This document shows positions 50,472 to 64,000 of a DNA stretch of 64,000 bases, in pieces. A program made the translations under genes and the position numbers. Below the pieces are notes generated by a model. The model did not search any database and was not told the DNA's origin. It saw nothing but the letters and a program-made list of their open reading frames with translations. The first letter of the stretch is position 1. The number at the start of each line of letters is the position of its first letter. The stretch comes from Stegostoma tigrinum (lineage: Eukaryota), in NCBI RefSeq assembly GCF_030684315.1, contig NC_081397.1, forward strand, positions 11,804,421 through 11,868,420, read 5' to 3'.

Positions 50472-51530
50472 TTGAAGCAGAGAGTAGTAGTAGAAGGGAG
50501 TTTCTCAAATTGGAGACCTGTGACCGGTCGTGTTCCACAGGGATCTGTGCTGGGACCACTGTTGTTCGTGATATACGTAAATGATCTGGAGGAAGGTGTA
50601 GGTGGTCTGATCAGCAAGTTTGCAGATGACACTAAGATTGGTGGAGTAGCAGATAGTGAAGGAGACTGTCAGAGATGACAGCAGAATATAAATAGACTGG
50701 AGAGTTGGGCAGATGGAGTTCAATCCGTGCAAATGTGAGGTGATGCATTTTGGAAGATCTAATTCAAGGGCGTACTATACAGTAAATGGAAGAGTCCTAG
50801 GGAAAATTGATGAACAGAGAGATCTGGGTGTTCAGGTCCTTTGTTCCCTGAAGGTGGCAACGTAGGTCAATAGCGTGGTCAAGAAGGCATATAGCATGCT
50901 TTCCTTCATCGGACGGGGTATTGAGTACAAGAGTTGGCAGGTCATGTTACAGTTGTATAAGACTTTAGTTCGGCCACATTTAGAATACTGTGTACAGTTC
51001 TGGTCGCCACATTACCAAAAGGATGTGGACGGTTTGGAGAGGGTGCAGGAGAGGTTTACCAGGATGTTGCCTGGTATGGAGGGTGCTGGCTATGAAGAGA
51101 GGTTGAGTAGATTAGGATTATTTTCATTAGAAAGATGGAGAGTGTGGTTCGGGATCTGATTGAGGTCTTCAAAATCATGAGGGATATCGACAGGGTGGAT
51201 AGCAAGAAGCTTTTTCCCAGAGTCGGGGACTCAATTACTATGGGTCCTGAGTTCAAAGTGAGAGGATGAAAGGTTAAGGGAGATATGCGTGGAAAGTTCT
51301 TTACATAGAGGGTGGTGGGTGCCTCGAATGCGTTGCCAGTGGAGGTAGTAGATGCAGACACATTAGCATCTTTTAAGATATATTTGGACAGGTACATGGA
51401 TGGGCAGGGAGCAAAGAGACACAGACCCTTAGAAAATAGATGACAGGTTAGACAGAGGATCTCGATCGGCACAGGCTTGGAGGGCGGAAGGGCATTTTCC
51501 TCTGCTGTAATTTTCTTTGTTCTCTTTATT
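50472..51530 (+). mobile_element. 5'-truncated CR1 (RT and 3' UTR)
   Basis: VPQGSVLGPLLF, KFADDTK, LVRPHLEYCVQFWSP; ttctttg tail. Confidence 0.92.
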
Positions 51531-53400
51531 CTTTGTATATCGATAACTACACTCTTGTCTTCACGTATCAGAAAACGGCAAGGACAATGACAGTTCTGCA
51601 CACGTTCCGAATGCCAAACAACTGACAGGTACGGATTGATAAACGTATGCACACATTATAAAAATGTAGAGATTGTGATCTGCATTTGCACATTCACAGA
51701 AATTTGATTTTTTTTTGCAATGCACTCCCACATTCATGAAGCAGGAATGGATGGGTATTGATTGACAACTAAACTCACATATGACACAGCAGAAACTGAG
51801 AGGGACAGATTGATAATTACACTCACATCTTCACGTGCCAGCTCCTGACAAATGCAGATCAATAACTACACCCAGTTCTTCACAAAACCATAGATAACAG
51901 GTACAGATTAATAACTAAATTCCTGTCTTGATGACACAGAATCTGATAGGTACAGGTTTATAAAAATGCTCACACATTCCCCAAGCAGAAACTGACAGGA
52001 ATATATTAAAAACAAAACCTCACGTTCATGGAGCAAAAACTATCAGGGATAGACTGACAATTACACAAACATGCTTGAATATTCTGATTTCAGATACTGA
52101 CAGGGACAGATTGACAACTACATTCATTCATTCGTACAGCTGAAACTGATGGGGAGAGTATGATAAATGTATTCACACACTCTCAATTTTCTGAAGAAGG
52201 GCCCAGGCACAAAACATCAGCTTTCATGTTCCCCTGATGCTCCTTAGCGTGCTGTGTTCATCCAGCTCTGTGCCTTGTTATAACAGATTTATAACTACAC
52301 TGTCAGATACACACAGGAGAAACTGAAAGTTACAGATTGGTAAATATGCTCATGCTAGCATGTAGCAGAAACTGACACAAAAAAAACAGCTCCTGTAAAC
52401 TGTCATCAGATGGGTGTGAAACCATTTAACTGATCAATTCAACATCTAGCTAATAAACATTCAGATACTTAAATTATCACCAGGAATTCAAACAGAACTG
52501 TGGGTCTGATTGCACTCTAGCCCTGAGCTGCACTACATTTGATCAATTTTAAAAACTCCAACTCCAACTGATTGATGCACAGAAAGTAACCGATACCCAT
52601 ACAGCTCCATGACTGGAACTACCTAATGCAAGCTTGTCTGTGCATATGAGTTTAGTTTCTGATCCATTTATGTCATTTCATTCATCTCAATCTCGACATG
52701 TTTATAATGTGTGCATACATTTATCAATCTGTACCTGTCAGTTTTTTTGCATTCTGAATGTGTGCCTAATTGTCATTATCCGTGTCATTTTCTGATACGT
52801 GAATACAAGAGTGTAGTTATTGATATACAAAGAACAAAGAGATAACTATACTTAGTTATTTACAAAGCAGAATTTGACAGAGAAAATTGATAACTACACT
52901 CATTGAAGAGCAGAAACTGACATAGATTGACAACTGGATTCACACATTCAATTTGCAGAAACTGAAAGGTAAAATCTAACATAAAAAGACAAAAGAATTG
53001 TTGATGCTGTAAATCAGGAGCAAAAAGAGAACATGCAGGAAAAGCTCAGCAGGTCTGGTAGCATCTACGAAGAGAAAATCAGTTAATGTTTCAGGTCTGG
53101 TGATGCTTCCTCAGAACTGTGTAAAATGTGATAATTACTGTCATTTGCAGAGCAGAATCTGACAAGGACAGAATGATAGCTATGCTCACAAATTGACAAA
53201 AGCTGAAATTGACAGGTAAGGATTGATGATTACATTCGCATAGAAGAAACTGACAGGGGCAGAATGATAACTGTATTTAAATATTCATGCCACAGAAACT
53301 GTCAGATATAAATTGGTTATTACATTCATATATTCACATCATAGAAACCAGCAAGTATAAATTGATAACTGCATGTACAGATGCCTCCAGGGCTGCTGAA
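51531..53400 (-). repeat. ~49-bp satellite array, minus orientation, with an inverted block at 52388-52842
   Basis: gcagaaactgacaggtacagattgataactacac units. Confidence 0.85.
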
Positions 53401-54964
53401 CTTTTCCAACAACTTTGGTTTTGTGTTGAGAGTGACGCTTCATTTTAGTTTACCAGTAACTGATTTGGACAGAATTGTTCCTTTTGATAAATATTTATCC
53501 CATATATAAACATAACAAATAAATCATGAGAACTTCAAACACATTTTCCTGACAAATAGAAAAACCAAGGAACTGCAGATGCTGGAAATCAGAAACAAAA
53601 GTAGAAATTGCTGCAAAATCTCAGCAAGTCTATCAGCATATGAGTATGGAAATGAGTGTTCTGAAGTTGAACCTCTGTTCTGAGGTAGTGCGACGCGACC
53701 TGTAATAATACTCAGCTTTGTTTCCATGTGGATGGACTGACAGATACAGGTACTGACTGACTCAGAACTAGTTCAAAATACAATCATCATAACTAAAGAT
53801 GTGATCCAAGGACTAACAGTCCGTTTAAACTCCAGCTAACAGAAACATGATCTATACAAAATGATTATCACTCACACATATCTAGTCATAGACAACGACA
53901 GCACAGCAAACAGTCCTGTCTCTCCAAGCCTGCAATGATTAGAAACAACAAGCCAATAATTACATCCATTCAGCCAGCATTCAATTTCCATAAATGTTTC
54001 ACGGTGGCAGGGGAACTACCATCTCCACCTTTATCGCAGGATTGTTCTCAAATTCTTCATCTTGTGGAGCTAGATTTTTTTTGTTCTGTTGTAAGCCAGA
54101 AGATTTTATAATCATGGACATTTATTTTTTAAAAAATAATAATTTAAATGGTAACTGGCTCTCCACTTTACATGAAACATTTAAAATGCTCAGTTTTCGA
54201 ATGCAGGAAGATTGAAGGATCAATGGAGTGTGGCTGTCCATCTTGTTCCATAACAACGGTTCTTTTCAAAAAAATCTCATTATCTAAAACCTGGGTACTT
54301 ACCCAATGGTCCTCAGTATTAAATTTTAGTTTCCAAATTCTTCACAAAATAATCTGGCTCTCCTCTTTTGATGGTCTGTCACATATGGACCAAGTTCTGA
54401 AGGATAATCGAATGAAACCTGCAGGGCTATGGGATGTGTGCAGGAAGGTGTGATTGTGATGGCCATCTGGGGGTGTTTGGGTCAGCATGGACATGATGCA
54501 CCAAATGACCTCCTTCTGTTCTGTACCATTTTTACAATGATTGGTCTGGACCAATGTTTCCCTGTCAGTCTCTGCTGTGTAATACAGAAGTAATTTGCCA
54601 AAGATTTAGAGGGACACATTGATAACTACACTCACACATTCAACAGGTAGCAACTGACATGAATGGATCAGTAACTAAACTCATACGCACAGACAAGCTT
54701 GCATTAGGTAGTTCCAGTCATGGAGCTGTACGGGAGTTGGTTACTTTCTGTGCATCACTCAAATAGAGTTGAAGTTTTAAAAATTGATCAAATGTAGTGC
54801 AGCTCAGGGCAAGAGTGCAATCAGACCCACAGTTCTGTTAGAATTCCTAGTGATAATTTAAATATCTGAATGTTTATTAGCAAAATGTTGAATTGATCAG
54901 TTAAATGTTTTCACACCCATCTGATGACGGTTTACAGGAGCTATCTGTGTTTTCCTTCCTGCAG

Positions 54965-55032
54965 ACAAACACTTGAAGGAACAAGACAATGTATCATTTC
55001 TTCAGTACAAAGCTCCTCCTAACAAACAGCAG
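54965..55032 (+). other. Decayed copy of putative exon 2 (donor mutated to ATATGT)
   Basis: ttccttcctgcAG acceptor; homologous to 48998-49079. Confidence 0.45.
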
Positions 55033-55479
55033 ATATGTTCCCACTATCACAGCATGAGAACATCCTTTCCCCAGTCACGGAGCAGATTGAATCAGACACA
55101 CGTTGAGCTTTAATTTCCAGTCAGACACGTCAAAGCCGACAATAAAACAAGACAGAGGAATGCCACTTTATTTTGCTTCTCTCTCCATTCAAAATACCCA
55201 GTTTGAACAGGTTTCACCTAAAATAACCCATTGACATTTACACCAGTTTTGAAGATTGGTAGACTGAATCCTTGTCCAAAGTATACCATCAGGAATTGAA
55301 GGAAATCTGCATAGAATTACTCAAATATCAACTTCACATAATGAATCACACGTCCACCGATAATATTATTGGCTGCCTGACAACTGATCCACTTTTAGGA
55401 GTAGTACTACCTAAACTCAAGCATTCATATTGCAGGGTCAGACAGGAAAAAAATGGTATTTGACCATATTAATACTTCA

Positions 55480-56080
55480 GAAACTGCAAGTAAAAGGTTG
55501 ATGAAAAATGTTCACATAGTCACATAATAGAAACTATTATGCACATATTCATTGCTGTACTCGCATTCACAGAGACTGAAACTGGCAGGAATATATTGAT
55601 GATAACACTCCCAATTTCACAGAGCAAAGTGACAGCTACAAACTTAGAACTGCAATCACAAATCGACAGACAGACAGGCACGGATTGCTGACTGTACTCA
55701 AATATTCAGAGTAGGTTCTCACAGGTACATCTTGGTAACAGGACTTGCAAATTGACAGAGAAGCAAATGATAGGTGCACATTGCTTTCACGCACATATCC
55801 AATGGACGAACTTGACAGGAACAGATTGATAACAACCTTGGACATAGCAAGAACTGCAAATTCTGGAATCAGCCTTCCCAGTTATACGCAGCATAAACTA
55901 ACTGACATGTACAGTTTGATAATTACTCTCATTCACAGAGCGGAATCTGAAACGTCCTTATTGATAACTGCACTCACATGGCCACCAAGCAGAAACTGAC
56001 AGAGTTTGATCACAGTGACAGTCAAATTGTGGAAATTGACAGATACATGTTGATAATCGCTTTCACTGAAATGTCAGGGT
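55480..56080 (-). repeat. ~49-bp satellite array, minus orientation
   Basis: Same unit as above. Confidence 0.75.
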
Positions 56081-56094
56081 CAGTTCATTAAATA

Positions 56095-56760
56095 TGCTGC
56101 TGTTGACTTGCTCACTGAGCTTGTAAGTTTGTTCACAGACATTTCATCACCATACTACACAACATCATCAGTGCACCGTGAATGAAACGTTGGTATTCTG
56201 TCCTTCTTGCTATTTATGTGCCTCAGTTTGCTGGGGTGGTGAGCAACACTTCCAGATTGGTTTCTTAGTGGTTGGTGTGTGGTGTCCAGCTGGACATGTT
56301 TGTTAATGGAGTTCTAGTTTGAATTCTTGTGCATGTCTTTGTTTGGGATGTCCTCTGATGGCTACCTTGTCCCAGTCAAACAGGTGTCCCTCTTTATCCA
56401 CGTGCATTAAGGTGAGTGGTAGTTGGCCATGACTTTTGGCAGCGAGTTGATGTCCATGAATCCTGATGGCGGGTTTCCTACCGGTTTGCCTTGGGTAAGG
56501 TTTGTGGCAGTATTTGCATGGTATCTTGTAAATCGCATTGGTTCTGCTAATTGTGAATGTTGGATCCTTCATTCTCAACAGCGGCTGTCAGTTCGTGGGC
56601 TATCATGATTCTTACGGGGTAGAGTAACCTGGTGGTTATTTCACACCCTCAGTGCATAGTCTGGTGACTACTATCACTGGATGTGTTGTGTCTTCCTGTT
56701 GTCATCAGTTGTGTGGCATCTGCGAACAATGCATTTTGAGTAACTGTCATTTCTAAAGAC
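56095..56760 (-). mobile_element. PLE fragment (GIY-YIG plus terminus, second family)
   Basis: NAIYKIPCKYCHKPYPRQTGRK...KQRHAQEF; CTGATGA...GAAATGTC at ~56136-56171. Confidence 0.8.
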
Positions 56761-56825
56761 ACTATCTGTGTTCTTCCTTGGCTTTATGAAACTCCGGGAT
56801 GCTGCAGTGTGTTGTGGCTCACTTG

Positions 56826-57872
56826 AACAGGGAAAGCTAGCTCATTGGATTCAAAATTGGCTTGATGGTACAAAGCAGAGGGTGACAGTTGAAGATTGTT
56901 TCTCGGACTGGAGGCCTGTGACTTGTGGTGTGCCACAGGGATTGGTGCTGGGACCTTTGTTATTTGTTATTAACATAAATGATCTGGATGTGAATGTGCA
57001 AAGCATGATTAGTAAGTTTACAGATGATGCAATGTTAGGCGGTATCGTTCATAGTGGGGAAGGTTATCGAAAATTACAGAGGGATCTTAATCAGATGGGG
57101 AAGTGGGCCAAGGATTGGAAAATGCAATTCAATGCAGATAGGTGTGAGGTGTTGCACTTTGGAATGTCAAACTATAGTAAGCCTTGTATAGTAAATGGTA
57201 AGGTCCCTGATTAGTGATGTGGTACAGAGGGACCAAGGAGTACAGATAAGTCGTTTGGTTAAAGCAGTGTCGCAGGTGGGTAGGGTGCTGAAGAAGGAAT
57301 TCAGCATGCTGGCCTTCATTGATCGAGGCATTTAGAATAGACTCAGACTATTGTGTAGAGTTTTGGTCACCCTGTTGTAAAAAAGACCTAGTTCAACTAG
57401 AAAGTGTTCAAAGAAGATTTATGCAGGACTAGTGGGCCTGAGTTATAGCGAGATGTTGGCCAGGGTAGGACTTTATTTCTTGGACCGTAGGAGAATGAAG
57501 TGTGACCTTATTCAGATGTATAAAATCATGAGGCCCATAGGTCAGATAAATGCAAATCATGTTTGTTTTTTTTCCCCACAGATGAGGAATTGAAAACTGG
57601 AGGGCATAGGTTTCGGGTGAGAGGGCAAGAATTTAAGAAGGACCTGAGGGGTGCCAACTTCACAGAGAGAGTGGAGCACGTGTGGAATCAGCTGCCAGAG
57701 AAAGTTGTTGAGGCAGGCACAATATCAACACTTAAAAAAAAAACATTTGAACAGGTACATGGAAGGGAAGGATTTCGAGGGATATAATGTGGGCAATTGG
57801 ATCCAGCTGAGTGGGCACCATGGTCATCATGAACCAGTTTGAGCGGAAGGGCCCATGTCCATACTGTGTTAC
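56826..57872 (+). mobile_element. Degraded CR1 RT/3' fragment
   Basis: WIQNWL, GVPQGLVLGPLLF, KFTDD. Confidence 0.85.
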
Positions 57873-58790
57873 TATAAGACCATAAGACATAGGAGCAGAA
57901 ATCAGGCTATTTGGCCCATCAAGTCTGCTCCACCATTAAATCATGGCTGAGAAGTTCCTTCAGCCAATTCTCCTTCCTTCTCCCCATAACCTTGATCCCC
58001 TTGACAATCAAAAACCTATCTATCTCACCCTTAAATGCACTCAATAACCTGGCCTCCACAGCCTTCTGTGGCAGTGAATTCCATAGATTCACCGCTCTCT
58101 GGCTGAAGAAGTTTCTCCTTATCTCTGTTCTAAAAGGCCTGCCCTTTACTTGAAGGCTGTGCCCTTGGGTCCTAGTCTCTCCTACCAATGGAAGCATCTT
58201 CCCTACATCCACTCTGTCCAGGCATTCAGTAGTCTAAGTTTTGATTATCATCCTTCTAAACTCCAAAGAGTACAGTCCCAGAATCCTCAAACATTGCTCA
58301 TATGTTCAGCTTTTCATTCCTGGGACCATTCTCGTGAACCTCCTCTGAACCTGCTCCAGGGGCAGTACATCCTTCCTGAGATATGGGGCCCAAAACTGCA
58401 CATGCTACTTCAAACGTGGCCTGACTCGAGTCTTCTAAAGCCTCATAAGTACATCCTTTTTTTACATATTCAAGTCCGTAAGACCATAAGACATGGGAGT
58501 GGAAGTGAGGCCATTCGGCCCATCAAGTCCACTCCACTATTTAAGTCACGGCTGGGCATTTCAACTCCACTTCCCTGCACTCTCCCCGTAGCCCTTGATT
58601 CCTTGTGAGATCAAGAATTTGTCAATCTCTGCCTTGAAGTCCTGGCAAAATAAATGCCAGTATTGTAGTTGCCTTCCTGACTACTGACTCAACCTGCGAG
58701 TTTACCGTGAGACATTCCTGGAGTAGAACTCCCAAGTCTCTTTGCATGCAAGACTTCTGAATTTTCTGCCCATTTAGTAAAGAGTCTGCT
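57873..58790 (-). mobile_element. CR1 3' fragments with (ccataaga) tails
   Basis: FFSQRAVNLWNSLP; tails at ~57873 and ~58478. Confidence 0.8.
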
Positions 58791-59287
58791 TTTATTCTGG
58801 AGGGAGGATGGTAACTTCTTCAAGTCAGGCATCCCTGGAAGAAGCTTTGCAGTGAAGTTAAAATTGTATCAGAGATAATGGTGACTGCAGATGCTGGAGA
58901 ATCCAGACAAACCTCAGGCGATCTCTACCCCACTGCAACTCTAGGGACAGATCGAGAACCGCACTCCCATTTCCACAATGCAGAGAATGACAGATATTCG
59001 GCAAATTGTCGCTCAAGAAACCCGAAAGTCTTCACAAAACAATACTCCCCACAGCTTAATAAGGAAATCTCAGCTGGTGATGAAACAAGGTAACATTTTA
59101 CTCACAAAAGATCACTGAGCGGAATAAAACACCTTGTCACAATTAAAATCTCGCAGGACTGTGTTCAAAATATTGACAACCAGTTCAACTGCAAGGGAGA
59201 TAGGAATTTGATCCGTGTACAAAATTTCGGTTTGTGTTTCACATTTCGTTGCAGAACCGAAGAGATCCACTTTGTGTTTGACACTAA

Positions 59288-59400
59288 CCAATCACAGAAA
59301 GGCTAATCTCATGGTGTGACATTCTTGTAAAGTACCCAATCAGGAACAAGGATTTCCCTCATCCCTCATTAGCATTGCTGACGCGATCAGGCTATAAAAA
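59288..59400 (+). promoter_or_regulatory. H2B promoter: CCAAT x2, octamer-like ATTAGCAT, TATA
   Basis: ccaat at 59288 and 59336; attagcat at 59368-59375; tataaaaa at 59393-59400. Confidence 0.8.
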
Positions 59401-59452
59401 GCGAGCTCCGAGACGGCTTTCGCTTATTTTGTGTCTGAAAGTGACTGACGCT

Positions 59453-59833
59453 ATGCCAGATGAGAAGAAAGCGCAGCAAGCCTCCAAGAAGGGCGCCAAG
59501 AAAATCATCAAGAAGGCGCCGGGCAAAGCCGGCAAGAAAAGGAAACGATCCAGGAAAGAAAGTTACTCTATCTACATCTACAAAGTGATGAAGCAGGTTC
59601 ACCCCGACACCGGCATCTCCTCCAAGGCGATGAGCATCATGAACTCGTTCGTCAAGGATATTTTCGAGCGTATCGCAGGGGAGGCTTCCCGCCTGGCCCA
59701 TTACAACAAGCGCAGGACCATCAGCTCCCGGGAGATCCAGACCGCGGTGCGGCTGCTGCTGCCCGGGGAGCTGGCCAAACACGCCGTGTCGGAGGGTACA
59801 AAGGCGGTGACCAAGTACACCAGCTCCAAGTGA
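59453..59833 (+). CDS. H2B: Histone H2B (126 aa)
   Basis: [13 protein letters not shown]...[25 protein letters not shown]...TKYTSSK. Confidence 0.97.
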   Translation: MPDEKKAQQASKKGAKKIIKKAPGKAGKKRKRSRKESYSIYIYKVMKQVHPDTGISSKAMSIMNSFVKDIFERIAGEASRLAHYNKRRTISSREIQTAVRLLLPGELAKHAVSEGTKAVTKYTSSK

Positions 59834-59873
59834 GACCCCACATTGTGTTGAAAAAACACATCCAAAACCCAAA

Positions 59874-59889
59874 GGCTCTTTTAAGAGCC
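59874..59889 (+). terminator. Histone 3' stem-loop (H2B)
   Basis: ggctcttttaagagcc + accca. Confidence 0.96.
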
Positions 59890-60641
59890 ACCCACTACCT
59901 CACTGAAACAGCTGAACCGTATTAACTTGGATAGCCGATGCTGGAGAATCTGAGACGACAAGATGTGGAGCTGGATGACCACAGCAAACCAAACAGCATC
60001 AGAGAAGCAGGTAAATTGACGTTTCGGGGCGAGACCCTTCTTTTCAAATGAAGTTTTAGCTTTACAATTGATTCTGGGTCTGGATAATGAATGTCGCTAA
60101 GCTTTGTTTTTAATTATAAAAATAATTTCGTTTGATCCCAGACCCTCTGCCCTTTATTGTCGGTTGCGTATTTCCCAGTCTCTTTTCCCGGCCTGTATAG
60201 AGAGCATATTTATCGACACCGAGTCACTTTTCAGCAAATTCTATATTTTCCAGTTATTCTTTAACCCTTGATCAGGGCAGAAGGTACAGTGCCCCGTGGG
60301 GTATGAAACACGAGTTTCACTCCCGGAAAGAAAAGTAACTGTTGTCGTCCCACGAATAGATTTTGAAATTTATTTGTTCTTTTTTTAAATTAAATTTTCA
60401 AAACGCCACTGACGTCGTCTGATTTTTGCAGAACACTGTAAATGAGGCTCTCAGCTGTCGATAAGAGGCTTTCAAAATGAACTGAGATAAAGCTAGTATA
60501 GCTGCTGGATTGCCATATCAGGTGTGAAGTCTGATCAACGACAAGAGGGACGGCAACTTTAAACTGAAGTTTCACCGTTCTCACCCGCAGGAGCGTTGAG
60601 TTTTTGATAAATATTTCAGGGTGCACTTGCAATATGAAAAT

Positions 60642-61381
60642 GAACCGGAAGGCAAAGTACTGGGCTTATGGTAAGATTCATGGCAGTGTAGATGAGCAGA
60701 GAGATCTCGGTGTCCATGTATACAGATCCTTGAAAGTTGCCACCCAGGTTGACAGGGCTGTTAAGAAGGCATACAGTGTTTTAGCTTTTATTAATAGAGG
60801 GATCGAGTTCTGGAACCAAGAGGTTATGGTGAAGCTGGACACAACTCTGGTGCGGTCGCACTTGGAGTATTGTGCACAGTTCTGGTCACCGCATTATAAG
60901 AAGGATGTGGAAGCTGAGGAAAGGGTGCAGAGATTTACTGGGATGTTGCCTGGTATGGAGGGAACGTTTTACGAGGAAAGGCTGAGGGACTTGAGGCTGT
61001 TTTCATTACAGAGAAGGTGGTTGAGAGGTGACTGAATTGAAACATATAAAATAATCAGAGGATTAGATAGGGTGGATAGGGAGAGCCTTTTTCATAGGAT
61101 GGTGACAGCGAGCACGAGGGGGCATAGCTTTAAATTGAGGGGTGAAAGATACAGGACAGATGTCAGAGGTAGTTTCTTTACTCAGAGTAGTAAGGGAATG
61201 GAACGCTTTGCCTGCAACGGTAGTAGATTCTCCAGCTTTAGGTATCTTTTAAATCGTCTTTGGATAAGCATATGGACGTACATGGAATAGTGTAGGTTAG
61301 ATGGGCTTGAAATCGGTATGACAGGTCGGCACAACATCGAGGGCCGAAGGGTCTGTACTGTGCTGTTATGTTCTATGTTCT
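60642..61381 (+). mobile_element. 5'-truncated CR1 inserted in the H2B-H2A spacer
   Basis: Closely similar to the CR1 at 1400-2652; absent from the paralogous spacer at ~27110. Confidence 0.92.
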
Positions 61382-62460
61382 AACTAAGTTCGGCGAAAAA
61401 TTAAATTATTCATTCCTCTTAGGAAAAAAAAAACTAAGTTTTACAATTTCGTACACGTTGTAGGATTTTGTCCCTGTGGGTAACGACCCCAACTCTCTCT
61501 CGTGGTAACCAAAACCAATAAGCCCGTATTTGAGACATACGAACAGAAGTATCGTGCGATTTGTGTTTTTCAATTTCCAAATCTCTACGTGAATTTATTT
61601 TCAGAATGCAGTCTGTGGGGTTCCCCGTTGTCGGGTAGAGTCTTTCAAAATGAACCGAGATTAACAGGGAAGTCTGATCTCACACAATAATCACAAAATT
61701 TTCGGAAGACGCTGATGTTTTGAATGAGAACGAGAGAGGTTATGTCAAGGATCAATTTGTAATCTAAAAGGAAATTAAATCATACGCATTCATGTAAAAC
61801 GTCTTCCTCGTATTGCCCATATTGGCGGGCTTTTCAAATCGGTAAGAAAACGGTTGATGATTTGGCGCCGGTATTTTCCTACGTTTGCCGCGCCGAGGAA
61901 TTTTGTTTTATTTTCAAATCTCCCCGGGTTTTGCAGAAAGCTATAAATGAGGCTTTCTGCTGTCGGTGGGAAAATTTCAAAGTGAACCGAGATGAAAGCA
62001 GAACAGCTGCCGGACTGGCATCGCAAAAGTAGAAATATTGTTGATCTTGTGCAATAGGGAGCGCGATTGTAAAATATTGTTTAAAGCAGTATTGAGTTCA
62101 ACGGCAAAGAAACAGCTGTGTGATACTTTTATCAATGTATCCGGGTGCTGATGTGAAATAAAATGCATCTGTTCAGAGCAACTTACGCCGGGCTCTTTTT
62201 CTGCCATCTGTTTATTCTTAAGGATCAGGGTAAAAAGCAAAATCATAATCACATCGATTCACTTAGGCCTGGGAATCAGAGAGAGATTGTGTGAAGTATA
62301 CAGGCGTATTCTAAAAGTAAATTATCTCAAGAATGAACGCATTCTTCTTTGTAAAACTTCTACCCGTTTTGAAACTATTGGCGGGCTTTTCGAGTTTGAA
62401 AGAAAGCGGTTGATGATTTGGCGCCGGGATTTTCCGGCCTCCTCCCCGGGCCCTCTCCGG

Positions 62461-63022
<562 letters not shown>

Positions 63023-63052
63023 AGAGACCGTTCTGTAACCTGACAACCCAAA

Positions 63053-63068
63053 GGCTCTTTTCAGAGCC
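63053..63068 (+). terminator. Histone 3' stem-loop (H2A)
   Basis: ggctcttttcagagcc + accca. Confidence 0.97.
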
Positions 63069-63776
63069 ACCCACAAAGTCAGTGAAAAGCAGCTAGACTG
63101 TCACTGCTGGTTGGTTTACTTTAATTTTATGTGCAAACACGGGACTAAATGCGCAAAAATATCCGTTTCCTTTTTGCCTTAACCTAAAGAAAACTAGAAC
63201 AGCTGTCGGAGGGGAGTAATAAAGTTTTACTGCAGGGACAGCGACTTTAAATAGTAACTCACAGCGGTTTCCCTATCACTATGCCGACAGGGAACAAAAG
63301 ACATGCGCTAACTCCCCGCAAGAAAGGGGCCGTTCGAGACTAAACCGAGCCTCCTCAGAGGATCGAATGAATACACTCGTGTGAGATGAGGCAAAATTTC
63401 AATTGCACGATCAGAAATATAAAAATCGTTTGTATATTTTGGTGGGCTTTTCGAATTGGCCACTGTTTCCCAACATCCTCATTCGTCAACTTCAGTTGCA
63501 GCTGGGGAAACGCCAAGGGAAGCAATTGGCAAGCAAAGGCGTTTGAATCGGAAATTTATAAAATGTTAGGTACAGTACTTGAACTGTGTTGTGATTACTG
63601 AGCACTTATAAACCTGTTTCACAACTCGGGGGAATTATTGGGCCTGAGAGATGCACTAAGTTTCTGTAACAGCGGTGACATTGAGACATAACATCAATAG
63701 TATGCTGTGGGTTTATATTAACTACAGTCCATCGTGTCTAATGATTGCTGTTCTCTCTCTCTCTGGATAGTGTCGT

Positions 63777-63792
63777 GGCTCTGAAAAGAGCC
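63777..63792 (-). terminator. Histone 3' stem-loop (H3)
   Basis: Reverse complement ggctcttttcagagcc. Confidence 0.95.
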
Positions 63793-63836
63793 GTTGTGTT
63801 TCTCGGGGTGAATGTGCAGGGCCGGGCACGCTCCGT

Positions 63837-64000
<164 letters not shown>

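Overview
Eukaryotic vertebrate DNA, most likely a shark or other elasmobranch (inferred from an HE1/V-SINE and the CR1/Penelope repeat content). The window is part of a replication-dependent histone gene cluster. Intact genes with 3' stem-loops: H4, two H2A, two H2B, H1 and the 3' end of an H3. There is also a clearly broken H3 and a hidden H1 relic. Two histone blocks (about 19.7-28.6 kb and 59.2-64 kb) are inverted paralogues. The space between them is filled with CR1, L2 and Penelope-like (PLE) retroelement debris, a degenerate ~49-bp satellite whose polarity flips across the centre, and a multi-copy unit with NRF1-type sites, a 64-nt ATG-to-donor first exon and an ~82-nt second exon. The most unusual structure is a ~4.8-kb insertion in one H2A upstream region. 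It is bounded by inverted PLE ends carrying hammerhead-ribozyme cores and contains three scrambled pieces of an R2 retrotransposon, including an HDV-like ribozyme fold, with no 28S rDNA flanks. All calls come from manual reading; no searches were run and repeat boundaries are approximate.
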